Assembly (NCBI GenBank): GCA_964187785.1
Contig: OZ076413.1
Coordinates: 44,146,001 to 44,210,000, forward strand
Length of the DNA: 64,000 nt
Source of the DNA: Amphiscolops sp. MND2022
Lineage: Eukaryota
Direction: 5' to 3'
The notes below the pieces were generated by a model that searched no databases, was not told where the DNA came from, and saw only the letters and a program-made list of their open reading frames with translations. Made by a program: the position numbers and the translations under genes. Shown here one piece after another: positions 26,668 through 39,873 of the stretch (positions are counted from its first letter, which is position 1; every line of letters starts with the position of its first letter).

Positions 26668-29600
26668 GGAATCAATTACAGTGCTTGCGTAACTTCTAAT
26701 GCAGTTTTCTTTAAAAGCACAGTCGACTTGCTAAGCTAGTATTTTCAAGTTTCAAGATATCTCTATAATAATTATAAAATAATCAATTTGGTTCTTTGTG
26801 TTACAAAACAGTGCATAAATAAATATTATTTCATGACCAAAACCGATCTCCAGAGGCACAAGCCGGCTTGAAGGAAACCTTTTTTTGGACACTTTGCGAG
26901 CTCGAATACTCTACCAACGAAAACAAATCGAACTTGAGTCAAACGCTGGAAGAAAAAATATCTTTTCAAAAAAAGCATCGGAATTGATTCATCAAAAGTT
27001 TGCGCAGGATGGCATAAAGGTAAAAGACGAAAACCTTGTTAAGCGTAATCTTTTAACCGTTTTAAGGGCTCCAATATACGTAGCAACTGCAACTGATTTC
27101 AGACTATATACTGCGGGAGAACGTAATTGCTTAGGTTTGGGGGGAAAACCGAAAAAAGGTGAATTTCGTCTGAAAACTCGCATCTGGTACCTTTGGTAAA
27201 CTAGTCTTCATTTAAGGCTGCTGCATGCCTGATGCCCAACTTTACTGGCCCGGAGTCTGCAATGCTCGCTGGGAGCAAGTATATAGACTCCAGAAAACAC
27301 AAACACGGGATTTGTTTCCATCGGGGCAGAATCGGGATTACGATGTATTTGACGCACGAGAACTTTGTTTACTCATCAGAAAACAGTATTGGGTAAGTAG
27401 GTGGAATATTTGAGGGAGAGCAAAGCTATGTCGTTCATTAAAAATTTAAAAAGAGATGATAAATAATTTTCGGCAATGTGAGACTATTAAAAGCTTTCTC
27501 AATAAATTTTTTGGAACATATTCAAAAGACTTCGCACTTTTTGAGCCTCAAGAGGTTGTCGACTGTAAGCCGTTCCTATCTTGTTCATAATAATAATGAA
27601 TCATTTCACAAAATATTTGTACACGAAAAGATATTACGTTTCTTGCATTATGCACTATAAGAATAAGTTCAGTGATTTTATTATCCAGTGATACTTTTCA
27701 CAGATTTGCCAGGGTTCAAAACTACAAAAGTACTTTTTTGAAAGGATCTCTAGAAATGCATTTCTTTTTCTCAACTAGAAAAAGTTTTGGAGAAATACGT
27801 TAACATGTAATGTTCAGGTCAAAATATTTACCACAGGTTCCACGGAGTATCAAATTCTGAGTATTTGACTATATATTATAGCAGTTTCGTTGTATTCGGT
27901 AAAATCTATTCCCTTTATGATTCTTTTTCATGTCATCGCCTATAATTTTCTTGATGTATCAATTATGTCGCTGGGGGTCCCAAAAATTACTTCAAATTTG
28001 AACTTCGCAGCTGTGGCTCGAAATTTGTTGAAACTTATCTAAAAAAAGAACTTGAGACATTCCCTTGTCGGAGTCCAATGCTCCGACCAAACATTTACGG
28101 TTGTGGTTTTTAAACCTCCAAATATGGTAAGAAACAAATGTAAGAATAAGGAATGTGAACGGAATGGGTCACAAGGTTCTCTGAGAACAAATAGAATTTT
28201 TAAAGTTACGTTTATAAACTTATGGAAGTTCATAAATTATGGAACATGTTGTTTTTTATGCTAATTTTCAGTTAAATCTTTTCGGACGAATGACAATGCG
28301 AACAGAAAGTCGCTCTTGAGGCTCTTGGAGACCTTTTTATTTCCAATTTTAACTTGAAGAATACTCATAGAAAAAAGCTAATTTTGATTTTATCAAAAAC
28401 GAATGAACATTTGAAGACGAACTTGATCGCAAACTCCATATGACCTACCAATTCCTAACTAGTTGACAGAAATTATGATAAGCATAAATTCTGTTCACAC
28501 TCCTAAAACAAAATTGAAAGTAATGATTGAAATTATACACATTCAGAATCCAATTAAGTGAAATGTAGAATCAGTGGAAAATGAAAGATGATTACGAATA
28601 GAACTTGGATGTGTTATACTGGAAACTTCTGCCTCTTAAATATTAATTTCTCTGTGACAATGCATTTCTTATTATTTAGTGCTGTATTTAGTTTAAAAAC
28701 AGCAATAGCAAACCAATCCCATCTTTTAGGATGAAGATATTTCGGACATTTCCACACTACTTCGCTTTTATGCAACACTTTTTTTGTGTGTCGCTTCAAA
28801 GTACCAATTCAACCTAGTTACTTTATCAAAACACCTATTGACAGTTCAGTGCTTAAGCTTCCGCTTCTATCGAAAAAATTTGAGAGAATTTTGAGTTGGT
28901 GAATTGGGAAGAGAGCCAGTTACTTGACTGTCATGTGAAACAATGCTTATCTTCTGTTTAGTCGTACTTTAGGGCAGCAGCACTTTTCCTCAGTGGGATT
29001 GAGAGAACAACCTTGTTGAGGGACATTTAGAAAGTGTCAAGTAGCATGCCCACAGTAGACAGGTCCTTTGGCCAGTACTTGAAATGTTGTCAATGCAAAT
29101 TAAGATAGGGTAGATTGATTGTTGTCACGCCGAATTATTTTCTGTCTGGAAAAGCCCCCCAGACTAGCACTGTTATTACAGTTGCCATTGCGACATAGCA
29201 TGCAATAATGCGGATTATTAGCTTAGTCTGGCAAAAGTATGAGGAATTGTATGAAAAATTCAAGTATTGCGTAACAGTGCTGTCACTTTCATTCCAACAA
29301 TCAGGATGCTTGTGCAATTTTTCGGAGGCTTTCACAACTTTTATACGTTCAATTTCACGCATAAGTTTATTTGATTCAATAATTATTTAATACTTGTTAT
29401 ATTGATTATTATTAATATTATTGATGATAATATAGCAATTAAAAGTATACTATTAAGAACCGCTTCATTTTTTCGAATCACGTTTTTTTTGCGAAATTTC
29501 ATGCGTTTTTTCATATTTTTTCATTCATGTAAATCGAGCCCGATCGTCATTCGACTGAGTTGATAGTGTTTTAAAAACGAGTTTCTGAAAATCAAAGTAA

Positions 29601-32600
29601 ACAGTTTCGAAAATTGTTTTTGGATGAACTTCAGTTAAAAATGCTTATTTGTACATGTATTTTTCCAAGACCACTGACTGAATTGATGGTCGCCGATCAT
29701 TAATAGATGAATATTCTGCTTTGAATTCTGAGTAACTTGATCAACCGGTTCTTAGAAAGATGTTTTTGTAACAGTTATGAAAATGAAGAAATTAAAACTT
29801 TTCAAAGTACAGTTTTTGTTGACATTTAAAAATTAATTTCAGTCACAAGATTTCAAAATTCGTTAGCTGTTTTGAATTATCATCAAGAGACAGCAAATAT
29901 TTATCAACAAATGATATATAGGATCCAAGTTTTAGCAAAAAAAAATGTCGCATGAGTCGTATTCTGGTGGCACTCTTGGCCAAAATCAAAAATTCAGTAG
30001 AACAATAGAAATAATGAAACTATCACAAAAAACACAGTTTTTAATCTTTGGAAAACTTTCAAAAAATTTCAATGAAATAGCATTCAAGGAAAAGGCTTAT
30101 GCTAGTATAAGGGTTACAAAACGAGAGACCTTTGGTTCGCTTTTCTATAAACTCTGGAATTGCCAAAAAATCCGAACTTATATTACAACAAGAGCAGAAA
30201 AACTGTGAAGCTAGTGGAATCAATTTTCCTTCCAACAAATATTTCCAATTTGGAACTAATCCAATTGGAAGGAACATGCAATAAATCTAGGAAATTCTAC
30301 AAGTTGCCTCTGTTTTTTCCAGAATGTTCAGCCGGTTGCCGCAGTTCCCCCCCCCCTTCTCAACCCAAATTACCTAGCTTTCATGGAGCCCCTCCCTCAC
30401 CAGTGCTTGTACTTTTCCGCCTAAGATCTAAGACCCTCCCCATTACGTTCTGCAAGTAGGATATGCGTCGAAATAACAGCACAAACACAGCTCTAAGCTG
30501 GAGAAAAAACAATAATTGATTATGGAAAGTATAATACCTTTTAAATCCATGTTAAGTCATCGCAAATTGAACTCGGAAACATTTAACGCTACATTTCACT
30601 TTCATCGCCTACTTATCAAAGCGAAAAGTGAAATTGTATAACTTGTACGAAAAGCAAGGGAATTTGCCGAAACCGTTCTTCTCCAATTCTCCAATGCACA
30701 TACAGCTTAAAGCCTCCGAATCCCCGTATATTTTAGGGCTGAAAAATGCAAAAAAGACATGAAAAAAAGCGGAGAAGAAACATTGGTAAGGTTGCGTGAA
30801 ATCAGGCTAATTTGAAAATATTGATTTCAACATTGCTGAACTGTTCAGAAGGAAAGAGAGCCCATTTTGAGGAAAATCTTGCCCTGGGTTGGCGATCAGC
30901 GTTGAAGCGACTGCGGAGGAAATTTCCCGGAGAGAGCACTTAGCAATTAATACCCTGAAAGATTCCATTGCTTTTTAGATAACATCCTGAGTTGTTTGAA
31001 GCATCCTCTAAGAAGTGAATTAACTACAAAATGTTCCTGTGTACCAAATTAAACCCATCGATTTTTTTTTACAAAATTTGCAATGAACTTCGCAAAACTC
31101 ATCGACTTCTCTGTACAAACTTGAATGTGCTTTGAACGGAAGCATCTATTGAAGATGAGCTTTAGTGTGTATTGAAATCAACTCTTTGTAGTTGTGTACA
31201 GATATAATGGTCGCTTTGTTCGAGAAGCTACTGAAGTTTTTACAGTGACTTGAAGAATAACATTTACTTGGAACAGTGAATATATTTTATTCATGATCAA
31301 ACAAGAACTTTTCCATTATTTCTCCAAAAAATTGAAAAAAAATTCCTTCAATGGTTTTTCTGCTTCTGACTCAGCCAATTCCATACATTTTTGATGAAAT
31401 CTTTCATGTTTTTGTTATTATTTTTCAACCAAGTTTTGAAATCTTCGCCTTACTGAAAGAAATTAACGATCATATTTTTCTTAATCTAAATTTTTGTTTG
31501 GGAGAAGCACGACAATGCAACCGTTTCCATTCTAGGTTTTATCAACCAAAACAAAGAAAATAGATTAACAAACCTCTAAACATGTGAGAATGAGTTAAGA
31601 CACGTTGTATGTAGTACACGTCGGTATTCAGATGACGTAATCAATTTTTCTCGACGAAAGGGTAACATTTTGATACTGTTGATGATTTTGATAATATTTT
31701 TGAATATGGATATTTGCATCAATTACAAAAGTACAGCCAGACAAAGATTTTGAATCCGCTGTGTTGGGGAAGAGATGCTTTTTCAATAAGAAAGCTGAAA
31801 AATTACAACAGAAAATTGTCGGATTAACTATCTTATCCATCTACTAAATAAACTAACAAAGTTATGTATTAAATCTATTATTAAAAACTAATAATATCCA
31901 GGGCCTAATCAACTTTTTTACACGGGTTAGATTCAATGGATCAAAAACAAAATGCCTGACTAGTACAGAAATAAAATTTGCAGCCCAACTTGAACACCAG
32001 AACTCATTGAAAAGCACTCCAAACGAAAAAAAAATAAGAAAGAGAACTGAGAGGAACAATTATTTTTCTTCTTCATCCGTCTTCTGGGTGCACGCCAAAA
32101 AGTAGTTCTGATTCACTATGTTGGCGCCTCTCGGTTATTATCTCCCTATAGCAAGCTGTGATAATTTCAGCCCAGTAGCCAAGCAATAGTCGACTTGAAG
32201 CTTATGAAAATGCACTTGCGCAAGATCTTTCAATGTGACTAACTCAAAGTCACAAAGCTCACCGTATCTCTTTATATTGCTCTTCTTCGCCAAATGCCTT
32301 ATTTTTGAACTCATGGCCGTACCACTACGCTAGGGATGAAAGGTTTGCTCAATGCTCAACAGTGGTGAGATCAGGGAGATACGAACCTGATGCCGCCAAA
32401 ATACATGTCAAACGCTCCACATACCGAAATCTATATTTTAAACAAAGCTCGAACTCTGTATTGAGTGAAAAGTGCTCAAAAAAGGCTAATTGTATAATTC
32501 CTTTCGTGAACGTTTCATTGATGTTTTATGCGAGTTAAAGAATCAAAAGTATCGCAAAAAAAACAAAAAGAACTTGACATAGGACACTGAAACCGAATTT

Positions 32601-33271
32601 TCTGTTTCTTTTTGACTGAGCTCATATTTTTGTTAGACTTTTACTCGTAAAGCTTGAACATGTTTTGACATTGGGTTATGAAGTTTCAATGATCTTGTGC
32701 TTGGTACCCCACGCTGACAAAAGTTTTCCATGTTTACTCGTCCCTAAACAAGTCTCATTCGATTTTTCTAGTTTTTCATCAGGTCACAAGAATGCAACCC
32801 TTTCGGATCAGTGCCGTTTGTATATATTGTTTGAAGCCGCATTTTGAAGTCAATAAGCAACAATTCCCAACCTTAGCCGAGATTGCTTGAACTTTTTACA
32901 TGCTGCAAGGAAACATGCAGGCTAAGTTTTTTCAAAACATGGAAAAGTTAAGGAGCATTTAAGGAGAAACATTTGGTAGGAGCACAATGCAGCATCCCTT
33001 ATTTCAATTAAAGCTGAAAACATTTTTCATTTCTTTATAGTCTTGATCACTTTGTTTTTTGCTAAATTTCTCAAGTAGATACCTTATGTGGTCTTCTATT
33101 CGCAGCTCGAAATTGCCGCCAAATTTAGGATGCATCTTATAAACAGGTTAATAAAATTAAATCAAATCAGTGAAATTCAGACTACAATCCTCACACTGAT
33201 CGGTCCACTTTTTAGAAACAATCCTGAAACCACCTAAGGCGCCAAGTCCGGCCAAGGGGCCAAGGCAAACT

Positions 33272-33632
33272 TAGTGCAAAGGGTCCCCCCTTTCGTTTTT
33301 TACTTTTTCAAGGTAACCTACAAAACCGGACGGGACTAAAGAGTCCCCCCTTTCGTTTTTTTCGGCACTGTGCGACTGTTTTTTTGAAAATTCTTTCATG
33401 TCCCCAAAGGGTCCCCCTTTGAGTTTTTTGTTATTTTGCAACAGAATGCATGTTTATAAATCAAAAAGGGTCCCTGTTATAGGGTAACTGATACCTTCTA
33501 CATTTTTCGGCACTGTACGACATTTTTCGAAAGAAAAAATTTTTCAAAAATTTCAAGTTTTTTTCCAAAAAAAATGTTTTGCGCTTTTTGAGCCTTAGAT
33601 ATAGCAACGACTATAGACGTTCTCGTCTTGTT
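33272..33632 (+). mobile_element. Helentron/DINE-1-like element, copy B (5'-truncated)
   Basis: Ends GCGCTTTTTGAGCCTTAGATATAGC...AGACGTTCTCGTCTTGTT, homologous to copy A; left boundary approximate. Confidence 0.6.
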
Positions 33633-35703
33633 TCCTAATAGTTAGTACCTAACAAAATACATAACAGAGTTATCTACAAAAGATTGCAAAATAGTTCTAA
33701 AATTGCGAAAGACTATGAAAACAAGTGGGTCAGCTAAATGCCCTGTCAAGCTTCCGAGCGACCCTGAAATGACCCGAATTTAGTCCTTGAAACTCATCTC
33801 ACGGTTTATAAATTTTCTTAACTGGTGACATGAATTTCATGTACTACATTTGGGCCATTTAAGGGTCAAACAATTAAATCTTATCATAATATGAACTAAG
33901 TTTTGATTTGATCACATTTGATGTTTCTTTGGCACTCAATCACTAGTTTATGAGAACAGGTTAAGAAAGAGGCGGTTTTTAGAATACGCAAGGCGCTTAG
34001 GCAAGAATCGATTGAAATGTTTTATTCTTTTATTTGTTGTTTTGACCGTTTTGCAAGAGCTGGAGACGGAAAAACTGTGTTTTTGGAAAATAAAAGGATC
34101 AGACTGAGTACTTTTGTCTCATAATTGTCCAAAGGCTGCTAATCCCTAATTTAGAGAACGCCTTCTATTCTATTCAGTTGAAACAAACTTGATTTAGTGA
34201 TTCTATTACATGTCAAAATTAAGGTGCTTGTATCGTTCAAGCATTGAGGCTTTTTCTTGTGTAACATAAAATTTGCAGATTTGCTGACATTGTCGAAAAA
34301 AAACGTAATGTCAATTATTATTCCTTTTATAAACATAAAGCTAGCCAGAGGGAAATGCTTCCAGCAAACGACTCCGGCACTACGCCTGGAATTCTCTCCA
34401 TCTACGGCTGGCTCGTCTACAGCCTGAAATCTCCGCTGAAATCGATCCGGAATTGTGTGTTGTGAAAGACCAGAGCATAATTGAAGCAAATTTGCAGCAA
34501 AATCATTGCGAAAAGACCAACTATTAGAAGAGAATTGTTTTTCTAATTTGCAGTCAAATGGGCAAAAAATTGATCGCTTTTTCTGGCCAGAAAAGCTGCA
34601 CTTGACAAGTCTAGTGGTTAATCATTACAACAAAGAAACCACTTTCTTAGTTTCCAGTAATTTTGTCCATGGCTGAACGCAATTGCTTTTTATGGTGCCT
34701 GTGGGTTGAAAAAACAGAAACTGAATTAAAGAAATCCATCAATTTCCGAGGGCAATTTTGCAAAAAAACTGCTTCATTCAAAAAACATTTCATTTCATGT
34801 TTTGGTAGCCAGAAGTTGGGTTTGAAATGAAAGGTACCTTAATTGAGCACGTGTTTAATGGTCTGCAGGTAAAGTCATATGCATATGCTAACCATTCGAG
34901 TCTGTAGATACGCTTTCAGCAAACCTTTCAGTTTACCACATTAAATTGCTCTTATTTCTGTTAGACTGGCCGTAGTCCTAAATACAACACGTCTGTATGA
35001 AATGAGCAACGACTAAAAACTCTGTATCTCAATAAAATAATTTTTAATTTTCTCTGGAAAGTTTTCACGTATTTGATTTTTAAGTAAAGTTTTTAGATTT
35101 ACTTAATTTAATTTAATTTTTTGGTTTTCTTAAACTCAATTTGTTATTTCTTCTGCTCAATTTGCAATTGCATCGAAAAAACTAACGACGGACAGAAATT
35201 TTTGAACCAATTTCAGACCAGGCTTAACACTTTCGACGGCCATTTCCGTAGAAATAGAGAAAGCGTGATCAAACACGCTTTGATTTCCGTTCTAGCATTT
35301 TTGCTACTTTTTCAGTCTGCAAATTTTACCTCGTCTGTGTTCAGTTCAGGCATTCTTCGGTGATTATCATAAAACAAATGACACGTAAAATGCCTGCTAA
35401 AAGGAAATAGTGTATCCTATGTCCGACTTTCAGTTCAGTTTCAGATGACAAAATATTGGTAATTCTCCTCAAACAATATTTGACACTATAACATAGTCTT
35501 TCAAATTTTTTCTGTTCACTTTAAAAAATTGGAAAATACAATTCTAAAAATAATAAAAGGACCGCTTTACGGCGTAACAATCCAAGTTGGTCAGTTATTT
35601 TGAATATCGATACAGTTTGCCTTTTCATCAGAACTACGTCGATTGCATGTAATTGAAATATCATGACACTTCATAAATGAACAAAATATCAAACTGTGAA
35701 ATA

Positions 35704-36128
35704 GGTATGCGGAAAACTCGTCCAAAACAACTCGTCAAAAATAAAGGGCGGAAAACTGGTCGAAAATTAACTCGTCGAATGATAATTAAGTGCAAACTCG
35801 TCGAATACTTACAGGTTACCCACTGGGATGATTCAGTTCTAATTATGATTTAATTTTCGTTAATTGATGCGTAAATCTTAAGTTTTACGCAGAATATAGC
35901 CCCTTTTTAGTTATATAATTGCTTGAAATGATTCACTTTTATAGTTTACAGTGTAATACTTCATAATAATTTAGAACTCCATAACACGGTATGATCACAA
36001 AGCTAGCACTATATTTGCCTGAGATTATTTTCTATTCTTGCGACGAGTTTTCCGCCGGAGAATTTTCGGCGAGTTGCTTTCGGCGAGTTGTTTTCGACGA
36101 GTTGTTTTCGACGAGTTTTCCTAGATTC
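35704..36128. mobile_element. Mutator-like foldback MITE b
   Basis: AACTCGTC arrays inverted at both ends; 8-bp TSD GTGAAATA. Confidence 0.8.
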
Positions 36129-36546
36129 GTGAAATAACCTTGATTTATTCTGCACTCAAAGTTTGGTCTTTTGAAAAGTCGTTTTTTGTCAATTATAGTT
36201 CTCTACCCCAAACAGTGAAAAAAACAAACAAGAGAGATCAAATCGCCTTCAAAAAACGTCAGAGATCATATCTTCTGGATACGCGTTCGAAAATAAGACA
36301 TAAAGCTTCAGTTATGAAACTCGGCTAAAACTGGTGTTATCTTTCGTTAGGAAATAGACTGAAAATTATGGAAAAAAATCATTTGCCATTAAAGAGAATC
36401 TCGAAATTTTGGATCTTCAATTGCGATTTTTGAAAAACAGCTAATCATAGAATAAACAGCAAAATTTCCGTTGCTTGAACGCCTTAACTTTTCCTTTTAA
36501 TATTTTAGGACAACTTTTTCTGAAAATGGTTTCATGTCAATATGCT

Positions 36547-37193
36547 GGGAGGAAGAAATTTCGTCGCCAAAAATTTCGTCGTCAGAAATTTCGCCGTCAA
36601 AAATTTCGTCGTCAGAAATTTCGTCGTCAGAAATTTCGTCGTCAGAAATTTCGTCGTCAGAAATTTCGTGGTCAGAAATTTCGTAGTCAGAAATTTCGTC
36701 GTATTGACTAGAATTAACAGCGTTTACTCGCCGGCTTTGCAAAACAATTTAGGCTTGTTCAAGGGGTGAATTTTTGCTTTTTAATAAAACTATCAAAAAA
36801 TTGTGGTAATTTTTGCTTCAAGTGTCGAAACAACTTCGTGTTGGGCGGTTGGTGAAAGAAACAAGGTGTATCTTGGGGGATAAGGAACGTGGTCATAAGC
36901 TTTTTCTCTAAAAACCATAACAAAAAGTAGTCAATGATAGTAATAAATGTACAATGATCGATAATTATTAAAACAATTATCAAGTAATCACTGCGACGAA
37001 ATTTCTGACGACGAAACTTCCGACGACAAAATTTCTGACCACGAAATTTCCGCCGACGAAGTTTCTGACGACGGAATTTCTGACCACGAAATTTCCGACA
37101 ACGAAATTTCTGACGACGAAACTTCTGACGACAAAATTTCTGACCACGAAATTTCCGCCGACGGAATTTCTGACGACGAAATTTCTGGTAATC
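36547..37193. mobile_element. Mutator-like foldback MITE c
   Basis: 15-bp CAGAAATTTCGTCGT arrays, head-to-head inverted; imperfect 9-bp TSD CAATATGCT/CAATAAGCC. Confidence 0.82.
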
Positions 37194-37484
37194 CAATAAG
37201 CCAGTACAAGTGTATGGAATACTGCCATATCCAACATATTTGTAGGAAGATGCCCGCTGAGCAACGGGAAACTTTCCATCATGAACTTTTTGGAGACAAA
37301 ATACGCTACGAATAAAAACTTTTTGCACTACGTCAAAACACAAAAACGAGGAAATTGCGTTTAAAAAACCAAAAAAATCAATCAACGTTTTTCGCCAAAT
37401 TATTTTCTCACGCCTTTATGTTTATACACAGAGCTCAAACGTCCGTGAAAGAGTTTCATTCCAAATCTGATAAATTAGCGTTCT

Positions 37485-38200
37485 ATGGAAGTTACTGAAC
37501 TTGCAAAAGAAAAATCCGCTGAAGGCTTGTCTGATAAACATATTGGCCTAGAGCTAAACATCAAAGTTCACTGTGGCATGTATGGTGAACCACGACAACA
37601 CTAAACCCAAGACGACCCGTGGAAGACCAAAGACGCTGACAAAAAGGGATAAGTACGCCAAAAAATCAAAATAACACACCTTGAAAAATCGAAAAAAAAA
37701 CAGAACTACAGATCCAAAAAATCAAAAAACTCACGAAAGTTTCCAAAAGCATCATTCAACGTATAATGCCGACTGGAATGATTTTGATGGAGACTGTTTC
37801 AGGCAAGTTGAATTACTCTAGATACGTAGAGCTGCTTCGGAACTCAACTAGCTTGATCTTTCCTGATATTCGAAACATATGTGGCGACGATTTGATACTG
37901 CAGCAGGATGATTGCAATTTTCAGACCGCAAAATTGTTCATTTTTTTGAGAGCAACAGTTGTCAGTTCTTGAGTGGCCTTGCCGTTCCCTCAAAATTAAT
38001 AATGTGGAAAACATGTTTTATAAAAACATGTCGGTACGTATTAATGACGGACCACAGTCTAAAAACCTACCAGAGCTTGACAAAAAGTTGAAGAAGCAGT
38101 TTTTTATATGAACTCAATGAAAAGCTCTATAATTTTATATTTTTATAAATCAATGTCTCATCGAGTTCGCAGCTTAGTAACTGCTAAAAAGGAAAATCTG
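37485..38200 (+). pseudogene. Decayed Tc1-family transposase
   Basis: RGRPKTLTKRD linker, ILQQDDCNFQTAK (second Asp region) and EWPCRSLKINNVEN (WP-x2-SPDLN-x-IE) across frameshifts; the first-Asp region appears deleted. Confidence 0.8.
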
Positions 38201-38623
38201 AATAATTTTAAAAATTTTGGGTGTTCAAAAAGTTTCGAGCCATTTTTTGCTGAGTAGGGATTGTTTTATGTAAAAAGAAGTGCAGAACCATTTCCAAACA
38301 AAACCTTCAAACAAAACATCTTTTGGGCTCATTTAAGTAGAATGTGAATTATTTTAAATAATTCACATTCTACTTAAATGAGCCCAAAAGATGTTTTGTT
38401 TGAAGGTTTTGTTTGGAAATGGTTCTGCACTTCTTTTTACATAAAACAATCCCTACTCAGCAAAAAATGGCTCGAAACTTTTTGAACACCCAAACTTTTA
38501 AAATTATTCAGATTTTCCTTTTTAGCAGTTACTAAGCTGCGAACTCGATGAGACATTGATTTATAGAAATATAAAATTATAGAGCTTTTCATTGAGTTCA
38601 TATAAAAAACTGCTTCTTCAACT
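38086..38623. repeat. Near-perfect 538-bp palindrome
   Basis: Arms 38086-38354 and 38356-38623, 1-nt centre, about three differences. Confidence 0.95.
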
Positions 38624-39618
38624 ATCGTATAAATAATTTATTTATACGATTAATTCAAAGTTTACATAGAAGTACACCATTCAGACACATTGTGTGATAT
38701 GACGAGAAAAATAAAAAATCACTGTATTAGCCGAACGCATTTTTTTGGAAATTTCGTCAACCAAAAATCAATTGGCATCAGATTTTGATGGTACAACATT
38801 GATAGAGACTCAAACGCACTAAAATTGCAAAATTGCCACTTCAATCAATTTCAGCCTTGTTCCAGATTTAGGCCTTGTCGTGAACGTTTTGCCGATTCTA
38901 GTTTCCGGCATTCCCTTACACTTTCATGCTAGAGATTAACAAGACTGCATGAAATCTCGTGCGTTCTCAGCCCGGAAATCAGTTTCATTTGACAATCTTT
39001 CACAAGCAGTCATCTTTCTCTTGGGTTTTCCGGTTTCAATCTCTTCAGTTGTAAAATTGATAAAAGAAATCCTGACATAAAGTCTCCTTCCTTTCTAGAT
39101 CATTAATTCCTTTCAATGTTTTAATTTACTTTTTAATGTTCTATAATCGTTCGAAATGTTATCACCATCTACAAGCACGAGATGAGGCTCTCAAGTCACT
39201 GGAAGATCGATCGAACCAATAATTTTTTATTTTCTCTAACAAAGATGTATTTTTAGCTGTAAAATCAACGCGCATGCGAACCTAAAATTATTATTTTTTT
39301 CTTTGTCTCAAAAGAATAATTCTTCCAACTCTAGTTTTTGTAGTAATTGCAACTTTCTGTATCTCTGTGAATGTCTATTACAAATAATGTGCAAAAACGT
39401 TTCAGATAAACTTCTCGGATAAATTCACATTTTTTCGCTATTATGCAGTTATCGATTTTGATTTGAAAAATTTCGCGATGAATTTTCATATTTCGTCAAC
39501 TTTTATCAAAGATCCGAATTGATCTCCCGGGTTGACCCTCTTACTAGCATCTTGGCAACCATGGATCCCATGGCAAGATTCTTACTAAGATCTTCCTAAG
39601 AAGCATCATTATCCCAGA

Positions 39619-39822
39619 TGTAATACGGTTGATTCCGAATGACCTTTACCGAGCTCCGGTCTAGACTCTTTAGACAACCATACAAGTTGTTTACATACAA
39701 ACTTGAAAATAGAATACAATTTATATACATTTAGTATATACTTTGGTTACAAAATAGTCGTGCTGAATACACATTATATTTTATCATCTTGTCCTATATT
39801 AACCTAGCTTAGAGATAGAACA
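39619..39822 (+). repeat. 5' LTR of element 2
   Basis: Matches 45252-45455. Confidence 0.95.
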
Positions 39823-39835
39823 TGGCGCAGTCAGC
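39823..39835 (+). promoter_or_regulatory. Primer-binding site, probably tRNA-Ser
   Basis: TGGCGCAGTCAGC directly after the LTR; first 11 nt identical to the element 1 PBS. Confidence 0.8.
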
Positions 39836-39873
39836 CAATTTTTAACAAAAAATTACAACGAACTTCCAACAAG

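Larger units (their letters stand above)
20490..27413 (+). pseudogene. Decayed MULE transposase interrupted by LTR element 1
   Basis: KVYWKC (FLYWCH-like) at 20544-20561. After the insertion, TLRARILYQRK and frame-broken WYL..FKAA..AQLY (27185-27245) resemble the MULE W-x2-DGTF-K...QLY motif. Confidence 0.45.

Noticed and set aside
34355..34465. GC-rich 36-codon ORF or possible nested exon
   Set aside because: No recognisable homology or convincing splice-site pair.
36475..37385. ORFs with QKFRR, DEISD or RNFVV repeats
   Set aside because: Translations of the 15-bp subterminal arrays of MITE c, open in several frames on both strands.
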